A stretch of DNA of 64,000 nt from Eledone cirrhosa (lineage: Eukaryota). The notes beneath the pieces are model-generated. The model had not been told where the DNA came from. It did not search any database and saw nothing but the letters and a program-made list of their open reading frames with translations. This document shows positions 38,472 through 51,483 of this stretch, piece after piece. The DNA is taken from assembly GCA_964016885.1 (NCBI GenBank), contig OZ024755.1:15996001-16060000 (forward strand), in the 5' to 3' direction. Each line of letters starts with the position of its first letter. The stretch's first letter is position 1. Made by a program: the position numbers and the translations under genes.

Positions 38472-38546
38472 AGTAGTAGTAGTAGTAGTAGCAGCAGCAG
38501 CAGCAGCAGCAGCAGCTGCTGCTGCTGTTGTTGTTGTTGTTGTTGT
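38472..38546. repeat. Compound trinucleotide microsatellite (AGT)n(AGC)n(TGC)n(TGT)n
   Basis: Read directly from sequence. Confidence 0.95.
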
Positions 38547-38572
38547 TTACCTCCAGGCAAGTGCTCATTGAA

Positions 38573-38865
38573 GTGGAGGCACATGGTCTAGTGGTAAAGG
38601 TGTTGTACTTACGATCATAATGTCATGGATTCGTTTCCTGGACTGGGTTGTGTGTTGTGTTCTTGAGCAAAACACTTCATTTCATGTTGCTCCAATATAT
38701 TCAGCTGAAAATGAGTGCCAGCAGTAGCTGGGGGTTTAACACCATAATAGACTGGCATTCTGTCCAGGGTGGGATGGGGGTGTCATGTACTCTCAGTCGC
38801 TTAATGCCATGGAAACCGGAATAAGCTCCAGTTTGATGAGCCTCCGGGCTTCAGATAGACTTTAG
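38573..38865 (+). mobile_element. tRNA-derived SINE with conserved central domain (ttcttgagcaaaacacttcatttca..ttgctcca)
   Basis: A-box tggtctagtgg, decayed B-box; copies at 50076-50352 (+), 53862-54137 (-), 41185-41380 (truncated); same head with other tails at 36705-37150, 39990-40285, 44985-45205 (-). Confidence 0.8.
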
Positions 38866-39154
38866 AAGTGCTCATTGAGCAGATTTATACTCAAAGACCT
38901 TCCGACCATTATCATCACGTTTTATTTTTGTAGACATAATACCTCTAGATTTACTTAATTTAACCCTTTAGCATTTAAATGGCCATATCCGGCCAGAATT
39001 CTCTCACCTCTATCTGTTCAAACCGACTGAAACCAGCTGCTCATACTGATGTTAAGGTATTGTTCTCAAAATAAATAAATGATGGTATATCGTGCAATGG
39101 CCATACTCAATAATGAGGAGGCAGCCATCATATATATATATATATGTGTGTGTG

Positions 39155-39482
39155 TGTTCCGGGTTCAATTGGGAATAACCGCAGTCAATAAGGTACTCAA
39201 TACATTAGTAGAGTGTAAACATCATATTTAATTTAGAAATGGCTTCTACAGGACTAGAAGCCATTTGTATTGTATGTATAATATATTCTGTAGAGTGTAC
39301 ATTCCTACTCACTGCTATCAAAGTGGAGTTAGCCGCCCACAGGTGCGAGTGCTGCGAGGTGGAGTAGCTGTTTCAAGGCATCCTCTGAGGCAATGCATTC
39401 TCCATCCTGTCAACCGGGACTCAGAGGCAGAAGGTAAGTTAATTAGAGGGGGAGGAAACTCATTCAGGCGTCACTTCTACAC
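39155..39482 (-). mobile_element. Possible solo LTR
   Basis: GC-richer ~330 bp island bounded by TG...CA; no clear TSD. Confidence 0.3.
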
Positions 39483-39736
39483 ATGTATTGAATACAGGCT
39501 AATATATGTTTATCATATAAATAAGAATCTTCTTGAATTTTTCTGGGACAAAATCTCCAACCAAGATAACAGAAACAGCCCTCATCTCCTTTTCAAGTTC
39601 CTTAACACCAGTAGCTTATCTTCCACATTCATTAAATAAGTTTACAAGGTATTCCTATTATTTCATTTGGGTGATTTTACCCATCTGCTATGATTTACAT
39701 TTGACTTCTTTTTCTTTACTTTTCTTTTTGATTCAG

Positions 39737-39929
39737 ATTCGTTAGTAGAAGGTTCTTACAGACTGCCGGTGATTATGATTTTCGCAGCACTAAATCTATG
39801 TTTTACAATATCTTCTCAAAATCCTGAGAATATTTTGAAAATTATCCAAACAGTCATCTTTGGTGAACTTCCAATGGATGAGAGCCATAGGTTTGGGATT
39901 GAAGATATTGACAAAAAACTAAACCAGAG
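39737..39929 (+). CDS. NOXRED1: NOXRED1-like, exon 4
   Basis: Long polypyrimidine tract then ttcag|; open frame DSLVEGSYRLPVIMIFAALNLC...; |gtgagg donor; phases 1/2. Not in the ORF track. Confidence 0.75.
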
Positions 39930-40696
39930 GTGAGGTGTGAATATTTATGTAAGACGTAGGTGGGAATAAGACATGTATACTCTTAACAAGGTGTATGGCT
40001 TAGTGGTTAGAGCATTGAGCTTGCAATTGGGTGTTTGTGAGTTTAATTTTTGGACCGGGTAAATACATCATGTCCTTGAGCAAAACATTTTATTTCACGT
40101 TGCTCTAGTTTATTCAGCTGTAGAAATGAGTTGCAACGTCACTGGTGCCAAGCTGCATCAGCCATTGCCTTTCTCTTGGATAACATCAGTGGCATAGAGA
40201 GGGGAGACTGGCATAGATGGGTGACTGCTGGTCTTCCACAAACAACCTTGCCCAGACTTGTATCTCAGAGAGGAACTTTCTAGGTGATGGCGGCGATGGT
40301 AATGAAGATGATAGTGGTGATGGTGATGATGATATAATGTACAATTTATGCATATATATATGTGTGTGTGTGTGTAAAAGGTAAACAGAAATAACAACAC
40401 AAATGGTACAGTATATGGAAGGAATATATTAGTTTAATGCTTGAAATAGCAGGAAAGATTGAAGGGACAGGCAGGGCAGAATCAGAAAAAATGTTTTTAG
40501 AGAAAAATAACAGGTCCATTCATGTTCTCATCTCTTGGAAAACTGTTGATGCTGGCATTTTGTGAATGATATACTTTTTTAGAAAAGTGGATGAAGGAGC
40601 GCGTCTATCTGAAAGGGGAAAAAAACGTTTTGTATATAGAACTATATATGTGCACATGCGTATATATACACAGGTACATTAATTCATTTATTGCAG

Positions 40697-40871
40697 TAAG
40701 AATGTCAGCATGTTAAAACTGAAAGGCAACGTGAATAACATGTATATTAAACTTGAGAAGAGCTACGGTCTTCAAGATGGATTCTGTAAGGTGTTTAAAC
40801 AATGTTGTTATGTGCCAGTTGTAGCTGAGAAATCTGAATGGGATGATATCAAGAAGAGTTTGAATATGTGA
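40697..40871 (+). CDS. NOXRED1: NOXRED1-like, probable terminal exon 5
   Basis: ttgcag| acceptor in the required phase; open frame SKNVSMLKL...KLEKSYGLQDGFCKVFKQCC...SLNM* (TGA 40869-40871); AATAAA at ~40918; total 1089 nt = 362 aa. Confidence 0.65.
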
Positions 40872-43179
40872 TTGAGCCTCACAAGAATTATATCAATATT
40901 TTGAAAATGTTGTAATCAATAAATATTTCAAGACACACATATATACATTTTATAGTTGTTGACTATATTAATATGTATATGTGTGTGTATTGAACAATGA
41001 AAATAAAACAAAAGTTGAATATAGGTTCTTAATTAGTTCATTGTTTTATGATCATTTTAGCGGGTTGATTAATCATTGTAGATTGATATATTGACTAGCA
41101 GGTAGTAGTTATGTCATTATCTATTTTTAGTCACAAAATCCCTGATCTATCACTTTGTCTTCTTCTGAAACCAACTGGAACATTGAGTTCTTGAGCAAAA
41201 CACTTCATTTATAGTTGCTCCAGTACACTCAGCTGAAAATGAGTACCAGCAGTAGCTGGGAATTGACCTTGGGATGGACTGGTGTCCTGTCCAAGGGGAA
41301 GTTTTGTACTCTCAGTTGCTTAATGCCAATGAAAAATGAAATGCCAGCCTAGTGAACCTGATGGCTTAGAACAGACTATAACAATTTTTTTTTTTATATA
41401 GGATATTGCAGTGTCATGAAGTATTTTCACAAATCTATTTTCTTAAGCTTAAGGCTTTAGGTCAGCAAAATTCTAATACCAATAATATTTTACTTTTTAT
41501 CCTGTCTGCCTAATTATATTTGTTCTAAAAGCATGCAGTAGTGCACAAGATTTTACAAGCTAACAAATAGACACTTTGGTATATAAACTTAATATAATCA
41601 ATGTACAAAGTCAGAAATAATAGATAACATTTTCAGATATTTTCACCAATGAAGAAATGAAAACATTTCCGAAAAGCAAACATTGCCTCATTTAGCATAA
41701 GTTAATAATAGAAATATCTCAATTTGAAATCTATTTTGACCTTAACAGTGAATTATGGAAGCTGTTCTCACACAGTGTTATAGAAAGTAACACCAACTCA
41801 AGAATTACTAATTTTAGTGAACAACATCATTTGAAAATATATCTGCTAAATATAAACTACATATTCTCATCAGTAAGGCAGGAATTGGCCGAGTCATTAG
41901 AACGTTGGATAGAATGCTTTGCAGTATCCATTTCAGCTCTCTGTTCTCTCAGTTCAAGTCCTGCCGAGGTCAACTTAGCTTTTCATCAATTCGAGGTCAA
42001 TAAAAAAAGTACCAGTCAAGTACTGGGATCGACTCTTCCTCTACATCTCTTTTTCACTTCTTCTCTCACTGTCTATCCTTCTCTGGAAGAAATCTGCTGT
42101 ATTCAGACCTGGAGAGGAGATGGGCTCCACCAGGTTTTAAAAATGCCCTAGAAATACTGTATGTCAATACAATACCCCTACCACACCCTCAGGAATGACA
42201 GGACCATCTTCTGTATGTATGTGGCAAATTGGCAGAATCGTCATTAAGAATTATGGATACAATTCATCCAACAGGCTTCTGTGTAGTTTGTCTACTTAAT
42301 TTTACCCACAAGGCTTGGTTGGTTCCACCTGAAGGTACTTACTGAAGATGTCATGAAATAGGATTGAACCAAGGACCTTGTGATTGCAAAATAAGCTTCT
42401 TAGATATTCAGCCATACTGTACTCCAGTTATAAATATAATATATTTAACTGACATTGCCATTATCCTCCTCCTCATCATCATCATCGTTGTCATCGTATT
42501 TGTCATTAACATCATCAGTTTTACGTCCACTTGTCCATGTTTCATTGGTTAGATGAGTCCATTCCAGTACAGCCACCTTCCACTCATAGCATTCCTTCAT
42601 CATCTCCACTGTGAGGTTCAGCATTTTGAGATCAGGTCTACCTAAATCTGCCCAGTATTTTTCTCAGTCATCCTCTACTACAGCTTCCTTCCACTGGCAT
42701 CACCTAGCACTTCTTCACCTCGTGCTTGACATATGCATCACATGTCTATACCAATGTAGTCTTCTCCCTTGAACAAAACACCTAATCCTCTTATACCCAG
42801 TTTTTTTTATCTTAGCTCATCAATCTTTCATTGTTCATGCACACTAACATTACACACCCAACAAAACATGGTCGTTTCATTTCTTATTTCTCTCCATCTG
42901 CCGTATATCCTCTGTATTTACTACCCATGTGTCAGTTTCACTGGCATGCAACATTGCACTTCTCACACAAGCATCCTACAATCTACCCTTCCCTTGTTTG
43001 AGAGAGATAGCTTTTTCGTTCTCAATCTTGGATGAGATAAGATCTCGATTGAATGAGACAAAACTAAATAATGCAATATGTTTCATCTTTTGTACATTAT
43101 TCTATGTACTATACATGCACTTTTGATGATTTGTAGTGCACCTGAGCACTGTACACAATAATTTTCATTATTATTATTA

Positions 43180-43505
43180 TATCTTCATCTTCAGCCCTGG
43201 AAAGTCCATTATTGGACATAGGGCTTCCCTGAGCTGTGCCATCTTTGCCGATCCTGACCTGTTTGTGGTCAAAATTTTTCAATTTTCTGAAGGTCGTCTC
43301 ACCACCTGGTCTTCTGGTGGCTTCAGTTTCTTGTTTGACCTTGTAGGGTTCCTGAAGGTGACGCGGATGATCCAACTGTTGTCAGTCATTCTGGCAATGT
43401 ATCCCCCCCACTTCCATTTTGCTTTGCTAATGATTTCTATGATGCTGCAAACTTTTGTTTTCTCTTGGATCCATTTGGCAGTTTTTCGATCTTACCATGT
43501 GATGT
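43180..43505 (-). mobile_element. RTE LINE 3' fragment
   Basis: Minus frames give SKAKWKWGGYIARMTDNSWII and RRPGGETT-like RTE C-terminal motifs; other RTE tails at ~42510-43000 (-), 37737-37940 (-), 43860-44100 (+). Confidence 0.65.
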
Positions 43506-44319
43506 AATATATTTAGTCTAATTCCATTGTATCATCGAAGCTTGCTTTACAGTTCGTGACTTCCTCAATTATTGATTCTTTACATAAACATAAGAGATGA
43601 GTTTTCATAGCGAAGTAGTTTAGTCAATGGAATCAATCTTAGTATATATAATATTAGTTTGTTATTATATTGACTTATATCTTATTAACAGTGCTGCATT
43701 GTCATGGCCAAGCTATTTAATTTTCAATGGTTCAGTGCATCTAGCTAACATTATGTAAGTTATTGTTGTGGCTTTAGCCCTAGGTCACTCTGTATTGAGC
43801 AGGCCTTTTGTTACAGTGTTATGTAAGGGGTTCAGTTAAATGATGATAATATTAAGTATATGGTACAGACATGTGATGTGCATGATGATGATCTCTGGGT
43901 GAAGAAGTGCCAGGAAATCCCAGTGGAAGGAAGCCACAGTAGAGGTAGACAAAGAAAGACCTGGGTAGAGGCAGTGAGAGCTGACCTCAAGTCGCTGAGA
44001 CTCACATAGTAGATGACAAAGGAACGCGATGTGTGGAGAGATGCTGTACTGAAAAGGACTCGTCCAACCCATGCAAGCATGTAAAAACGATGATGATGAT
44101 GAAATATATTGGCAGTATCGGTAGAGCGTCAGACAACATGCTTTGTGACATTGAGTTGTCCTTTATGATCAGATTTCAAATCCTGCTGAGGTTAGTTTTG
44201 TCTTTCATCCTTACAGGGGGTTGATAAAATAAAGTAGCAGTAATGCACTAGGGTCGATTTAATTAATTCCCCCACCTCCAAAATTGTTGGTCTTGTGCCT
44301 ACATCAGAAACCATTATTT

Positions 44320-44347
44320 ACTGGGCAACACCAGGTAGGAAATCTAG
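44320..44347 (+). mobile_element. Isolated Helitron 3' terminus
   Basis: ctgggcaacaccaggtaggaaatCTAG|T resembles the cgggcaacgccggg...CTAG-T Helitron end with CpG decay. Confidence 0.45.
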
Positions 44348-45359
44348 TAGTATATGATATAATATAACAGATGATGGAAAGCTGCAGAACATTTAAAGAC
44401 ATCTGATTAGCTATTAAATCTATAGAAGCCAAAGAAACAAAAGTATCTAATGAAACATGATCATTGTATTAAAATAATTAAAGAACTTTCAGATAATTGT
44501 AGGATCAGCAGCAGTAATATTACATCACCACCAATAACACCACCATCACTAACACCGAGAGTCGCGAACACTACACCTAATATTCTCCCTCCATACACAT
44601 GCACACATGTATATCATGACTCATACACTATTCACTTACCTGACATTTGTATATTATTCTATGTACTATACATGCACCTTTGACGAGTTGTAGTGCACCT
44701 GAGCATTGTACACAATAATTTCATTATTATACCATTACCACCACCAGCACCACTCTCACTACCACCACCACTAACACCACCAGCATCACTAACACCACCA
44801 CCAGCACTCTACTCTCACTACCACAACCACCACCACTAACACTACCATCACCGCCACCACACTATTGGTTGATATGGGTGATGGTGATAGTTTTAATGAG
44901 AGACGTAGCAGTGACAATGATGTTATTGAGTTAATAATATCAATAATTATACAAGGAATTGCTTGACAAGATCCCAGACCTCATTCACTTACTGAGACGG
45001 ATGGAACTCATCAAATTGGACCAAGGAAAGAATGTTTCCATTAGTTTTTCCATTGCTGATACTATCTACCAGTCGCAACTCCTGGTAGAAGGAGCAGCAT
45101 GAAATAAAATGCCTCGCTCAAGGACATAACGCATTGCCTGGTCTGGGAATTGAATTTGCAATCTCAAGATTGTGAATCCAATTCTCTAACCACTAAGCGA
45201 CATCTTTACAATAACTATACAAAGTTGAGGGAATTCTTTAGTTGTACTGCAAACAGAATCTACTGTCCCCGGAGGCACATTAAAATGTTCTCAGATGATA
45301 CTGGAAAGTAGTTGGCAGTAATAGGCCTTTAACTCTTGATGGAGTTACAGGGCATTTAA

Positions 45360-45580
45360 CCCTTTAGCATTTAAACTGCCCATATCCGTCCAGAATTCTC
45401 TCACCTTTTTCTGTTCAAACTGACTGTAATCAGCCCCTCATAACGATGTTAAGGTATTGTTTTCAAAATAAATAATATCAAAATCTAATAGATTCAATAT
45501 TATGTGAGATAATTATGTAAGATAAAGCTTTTACTGTGAAAATACAATAGTATATATAGAGTAATGTAAATGCTAAAAGG
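45360..45580. mobile_element. piggyBac-type MITE, complete (same family as 2331-2551)
   Basis: TTAA|ccctttagcatt ... aatgctaaaagg|TTAA; partial copies at 38964-39080 and ~46701-46730. Confidence 0.9.
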
Positions 45581-48500
45581 TTAAACATGGTGGAGTCGAT
45601 ACTTTTTTTTGGTCTAAACACACCCAATTTCTTCCAAAGAGAGAGAAATAAAGAAAAGTAGAGAGAAAGAGGCAGATGATTTGGGAAAGAGAGATAGCAG
45701 AAGAATCGATTACCTCCCCTCCCTCCTTCCATTATTGATCTGAGTTCAAATCCCGCCGAGGTTAACTTTACCTTTCATCCTTACAGGGTCGATAAAATAA
45801 AGTACCAGTAATGCACTGGGTAATTTATGGCCTTGTGCCAAAAGTAGAAACAATTATTGGTCTGGTTGGTACTTTATTTATTGACCTTGAAATGATGAAA
45901 GGCAACTACAACAGACCAAACCAAAACAAATACTGTAAAGTATTCTATCTGATGTTTTAATGATGCTGGCTAAAGAGGAGCATCAGGCCATTTTAAAAAA
46001 AACCTACAAGAAAATAATATAGTAAAATGTAAAAACAGACACAACAACAAGATGTTGTGGGTATCAGCTTACAATGGACGAATGGTAAAGTAGCTGTGAG
46101 ATGAGACCCATCTAATTGATGACAGCAGGGAAAGACACAGACTTGAAATGATAATGATTAATGATGATGATGATTGCACTGATGATGATGATGATGATGA
46201 TGGCGGTGGTGGTGGTGCTGTTGAGGATGTTGATTAATGATGATAATGATGGTGATGGTGGTGGTGGTGGTTTTGATAGTGAGGATTGTGGTAGGGGTGG
46301 TGGTGATGATGAGGACAACCACAATGATGATGATGATGATAAATGATAATGACGACAGTGATGATGGTGATACTGCTGCTGATGATGATGATCTATATAA
46401 TTATGTTGTCTAATGTCCATTTAGTTCCTCCTGTAAGTTCTCTTAAACAAAACTTGAAAGACACAAATATATTCAGCCATTAAATTTGATCTCCCCAGCA
46501 ATCTATAAGTAAATATAGATATTTGATATATCAATTGATATTGATACATAAGATGTATGATCTATCTATCATATTAAGATTGTGGTGTGTTTTGTGTAAA
46601 ATGTCGGTCAGGGTGGAAAGAGGGTGGTAAGAGAATTATGTGTGTGTGTGTGTGTGAAAGAGAGAGAGGTGGAAGGGGCAATGGAATTTTTTCATTTTAA
46701 CCCTTTAGCGTTTAAACCAGCCATATCTGGTACTGGTATGTTGTGGTAATGCCAGACATTTTTTTTGTCTTAATCCCATGCTGTAACAAGTCTTTATGGA
46801 AAGCAGATGGTAAGAGAGTGTCTGTATATATGAGGGGGGGGGGGGTTTAGAGGGGTAGCAATAATGCTGGAAATTATATAGTTTAATCCCACACTAACAA
46901 GTCTTTATGAAAACAGGATGGTAAGAGAGTATGTATGTGTGTGAGAGAGAGAGGATAGAGGGGTGGTGATGGTGGTGGGTAGCACCAAATACTAGAAATC
47001 ATCATCATCAACGTTTAACGTCTATCTTCCACGCTAGCATGGGTTTAAATGTTTATCTTAATCCCATGCTGTAACAAGTCTTTATGGAAACGGTGATAAA
47101 AAAGTATGTGTGAGAGAAAAAGAGAGAGACTAGCAACAATGCTGAAATAACTTTTAAACAAAATATTTAAAATGTCATATTGATCTTTAATATTTTGTGG
47201 TTGTTTTTAATTAAACTGTGAAATTTCTATCTCCAGGGGTATTTTTCTCCAATATTCTCAACTATAATTTATAGTGGTCACTATTATTATGGTTATTTCT
47301 GTGTTGGAATGACTACATTTTTAATTTCATATTTTCCAAACGTTTCTTCCTAAATCAATGATTTTATTTACAATTTTGAGCTCGGGGATCCAGCCAGATC
47401 AATTGGAGATGGTTGCTTCTGGTAGAACCTTCTGGAAGGCGTGTCTGAGGATTCTGCCTCTATTACCCTCCCAGTAATAAGTGGGCGAAGAAGAAAGAGA
47501 AGGAGGATAATGAGGAAAACAACAACAACAAGGTATTGTTCAACCTGAAACCATGGGGTAGATGAATGATGCTTTTGCCTAAAGTATCAGAGTGGTTTCG
47601 AACACACAATCACATGATTGTGAAGTGAACTTCTCAACCACATAGCCTCGTCTGTCTGTACCCATCCAGTATCCAGTAAAACTATTTGTTTCAGATAGTA
47701 TGTGCTATTTATATATAGTCTGTTCTATCTCTCTCTCTATGTATATATATATATATAGAGAGAGAGAGAAAAAGAAAGAGAGTGTATATATATATATATG
47801 TATTTATATATATATACAAGCAACTAACTGTAGAAACCAAGCCAAAATCAGTTCTGATGAGCCAATTCACGGTCCTCCGACCTGATCCCTCACAAAGGGA
47901 CAGTCCGTCCTACCCATGCTAGCATGGAAGATAGACGTTAAACAGTAATGATGATATATATAGCATGAAAGATAGAAGTTAAACGATGCTGATGATGATA
48001 TATATATAAAATTATATATATATATATATATGGATATTTCATAACTGAATTTATCGGAAGAATCTACAGGAATCTATTACAAAAATAAATTTGGTTAAGA
48101 TATCTAGAAGATAATCTAATCAAAGTAATTTGTGAGTATAGAGAGGCTCATGGGCAAAATAACATTTATTTAGAATGAATAAATAAGCTAAATTACAAGC
48201 TGGATATATGCTTATTGTAAAAGATGGTGAATGATAGATTTAATAGAAAAGGCTACCTAAAATATCAATTTTATCAATATGTTCAAGTAGATTAAAATCT
48301 GAATGTAATTTATAACTCAGTAGGATAATTTATAAGTTATTAGTAGTACTAATAGTAGTAAGAAGGATATTATTGTTGAAAATTCAACTGTTGTCAATGG
48401 TGTTTCCTCATTGTAGAGCAGACATTCTCAAACGTTTGGGGCCACCGCCCTCCTCACAGCCTCGTAATACCTTCAGCACTCCCCAACCTTATTTCTACGC

Positions 48501-48615
48501 AAATTGTAAATAATATATGGTAAATAAAATCGTTAATCTATATAATAAATGATATAATATATACTATGTAGAAATAAATATATATTTTTTTATTTTACTA
48601 TATTTATATATAATA

Positions 48616-49785
48616 CTAGCAGTGTATCCTGCCATTGCACGGGTAAGAACATTGGTAATAGCACCTCCAATGAGAAACGTTTATTTGTGAGTGCCTGTTA
48701 AAACTCACAAAAATATACCGACAGGAAACTTGTTTTATTTGGAGAAAATTAAGAAGTTGAAAGTACAGTTTAGCTGTCTACGTCCATTGTTCATAGAAAT
48801 ATTGTTGAGCCCCTTCTTTTCATACTCCTCTGTTTTGGCCTTTTGGAGTAAATGTGAAAGAGAAAGTCACAGGTTAAGTTGGCAGAAGGTTCCAGTGTCA
48901 TAGCAGTAAAGCGTAGGCTACTTACCTCAAAAGTTCATTCGCACTCTTTCCACTAAGTTACTCTTTCTCTCTATCCCTCTTGGTGCAGTCCCTTGCGAAT
49001 TTCTCGTGTAGGCCTGGTGTAGATTTGCACCCGATCCATCTGCCCGATGCACATGTCTGCTTTGTACGGCTTTTGGAGGAAGGAGTGACCAGCAGTACAT
49101 TGTTCGGTATTATTACGAAAAGGTGTAGCAGAGAATCCCGCGTGAACTAACAGCTCGGGAGGAAACTGCTTACCTTGAAGATTCATTTGCCATCGTTCTT
49201 GTCAACGCTCCGTTTAGTTGGTATTTGTTGGTCTACAGTTAGATGAATGGCGCACAAAGAGTTAATGTTTATTGGCAAGAAGTGCAACTGGGCTGGCTTG
49301 CCTCGTTTATATTATATATTAAAATAACAGATTAAAGTTTAAGCAAAGAATCGCTGCTTTCACCCTTAATGGGATCTTCTGAAACTAAAAAAATCAATCT
49401 GTGAACGCAGAAGTAAATATTTCGAAAAACGTTGCGACCGAAGGAAAACAGGAAGACGATACTTTGGTTCGTGAAGACGTTCCCTGACAATGAACAGAAA
49501 ATAGCGAACATAATACGTCATCAATGTTTGTCAGAATGTCGTAATGCAGACAGCCAGGCATACAGACAGATATTATAAGGACGCGACGGAGATGGATAAC
49601 CGGCGCCTAACACTCCTTTAACAACAGAAAATTGAAAAATAAAAGCTGCAGTTAATATCTTTAGACCGCAAGGAATATATAAATGCAAGTTTGAAGTCAA
49701 TCGGAGTAGAAATGTGGATTTGTATAGATTTTGCAAAAATGAGGACACACACACAGACAACTACAGTTTTATATATATGTATAGA
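48616..49785 (-). mobile_element. Complete non-autonomous Helitron (~1170 bp)
   Basis: Minus strand starts A|TCtatacatatatataaaactgtagttgtctgtgtgtg (49785) and ends cccgtgcaatggcagga-tacactgCTAG|T (48616): TC start, subterminal hairpin, CTAG end, AT target. It sits just downstream of a hAT-like left end (cagacattctcaaac, ~48418). Confidence 0.85.
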
Positions 49786-50605
49786 TGTATCATTTGATAT
49801 TTAATATACTATTATATCATCTCTACTGCATGTCTTGCTCAAACAGAACTGTTTCTGACTAGGTTTCTATGGCTGGATGCCCTTCCTAATGCTAACCAGA
49901 TTTACAGTGTGGGCTGGGTGCATTTGTTGTGACCTACACGACCACTTTACAATGTATGCTGGGTGCTTTTTGTCGTGATACCTACACGACCACATTACAA
50001 TGTGAGCTGGATGCTTTTTTGTTGTGATACCAACACATACAATATATATATACACGATGATGAAATATATATAATGTGGAGGCTAGTGGTAAGGGTGTTG
50101 GACTTACGATCATAATGTCGTGGGTTCGATTCCTGGGTTGCGTGTTGTGTTCTTGAGCAAAACACTTCATTTTACGCTGCTCCAGTATACTCAGCTGAAA
50201 ATGAGTAGCAGCAATAGCTGAGGGTTTAGCCCTGCGATGAACTGACGTCCTGTCCAGGGGAGAGTCTTGTATTATCAGTCGCTTCATGCCATGAAACCAG
50301 GATAAGCACCGGCCAAATGAGCCTTCTGGCTTAAGGCAGACTTTAGACTTTTATGTATTATATATAGTTAAACAAATAAAGCAAAACAAATACAGGGATG
50401 CAAAAATACCAAGTCTTATTAGGATCATGCTTAGGAGGAAGCAGAGGAGGGTTTGGCGCCTTCAGACTGAAGTCCTTTGTCAGGAAATGGAGAGTTCAGA
50501 TAAAGAGAGAACAGGAACATACATGAAAATTTGGAAAAGATTGTTAGGGTGGGGCTGGTATATATATAAGTTTGATTTGAAACAGCGAGCAGAGCTTGAA
50601 ATTTA

Positions 50606-50792
50606 GTAGAAACAGAAGCTTTCACCATATTTTTTACTAAAGAAATTTTAGCCTGATAGTATGGCTTAAGATCTTCTAAAAAATGGAAAAGGAGTCAATA
50701 CTCATCCTTTTACATTATTTAGAGGGTTTTAAGCCCCACTATCAGGCTAAATTTTCTTTAGATAAAAATATGGTGAAAGCTTCTGTTTCTAC
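50606..50792. repeat. Imperfect palindrome, ~88 bp arms
   Basis: gtagaaacagaagctttcaccatattttt... pairs with ...aaaaatatggtgaaagcttctgtttctac. Confidence 0.9.
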
Positions 50793-51103
50793 CATATTTT
50801 ACTTCACTAAGAGGTGACATTTATGTGACTAATTCTGTTTCATTCAACAATGAAATCGACAGATTTAATTGTGGTATCCTTCTATTCTTTAACAGAACAC
50901 AATTCTACTATATATATATTAACCGCGACTTCTCAAGCGTGAATCTAATAAGACTTTGTGTTTTTGCATCGCTGTGTTTGTCTTGTTCATTCTTGAACTA
51001 TATATGTATGTATTTATTTATTCATTTGTGTTCCAGCCAAGGGGCTGAGGCCATGGTGGGGCGTATATATATGTGTATATACATATATATATATTTACAC
51101 ATA

Positions 51104-51150
<47 letters not shown>

Positions 51151-51158
<8 letters not shown>

Positions 51159-51483
51159 AGATCAAAAGATGGTTAAAGGAGTTCCATGTATTTTATTATG
51201 CGCATTTCAAAAACAAACATCATCATGCAATAATATTTGTGTTTTCATCAGATAAAACAGGAGAACATGATATGAAGGCTAAAAAACACTTGTGGATAGT
51301 GCAGTTTTAAATCAACATGTTAATTTAAAACTGCACTATCCACAAGTGTTTTTAGCCTTCATATCATATTCTCCTGTTTTATCTGATGAAAACACAAATA
51401 TTATTGCATGATGATGTTTGTTTTTGAAATGCGCATAATAAAATACATGGAACTCCTTTAACCATCTTTTGATCTTATATTAT
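51151..51483. repeat. Near-perfect 333 bp palindrome
   Basis: Centre aacatgtt at 51314-51321; arms of ~165 bp differ at only about three positions; abuts a long (TA)n. Confidence 0.97.

Noticed and set aside
38573-38645. tRNA genes at SINE heads
   Set aside because: A/B boxes present but no intact cloverleaf; they continue into SINE bodies.
38810-38850. gaaac...tgatgag in SINE tail as a hammerhead ribozyme
   Set aside because: No room for the cleavage triplet and stem I between the motifs; core not conserved across copies.
41637-42151. Alternative NOXRED1 terminal exons at acceptors 41637 and 41749
   Set aside because: First stops after 5 codons, second runs into a SINE; exon 40697-40871 fits phase, length and poly(A) signal better.
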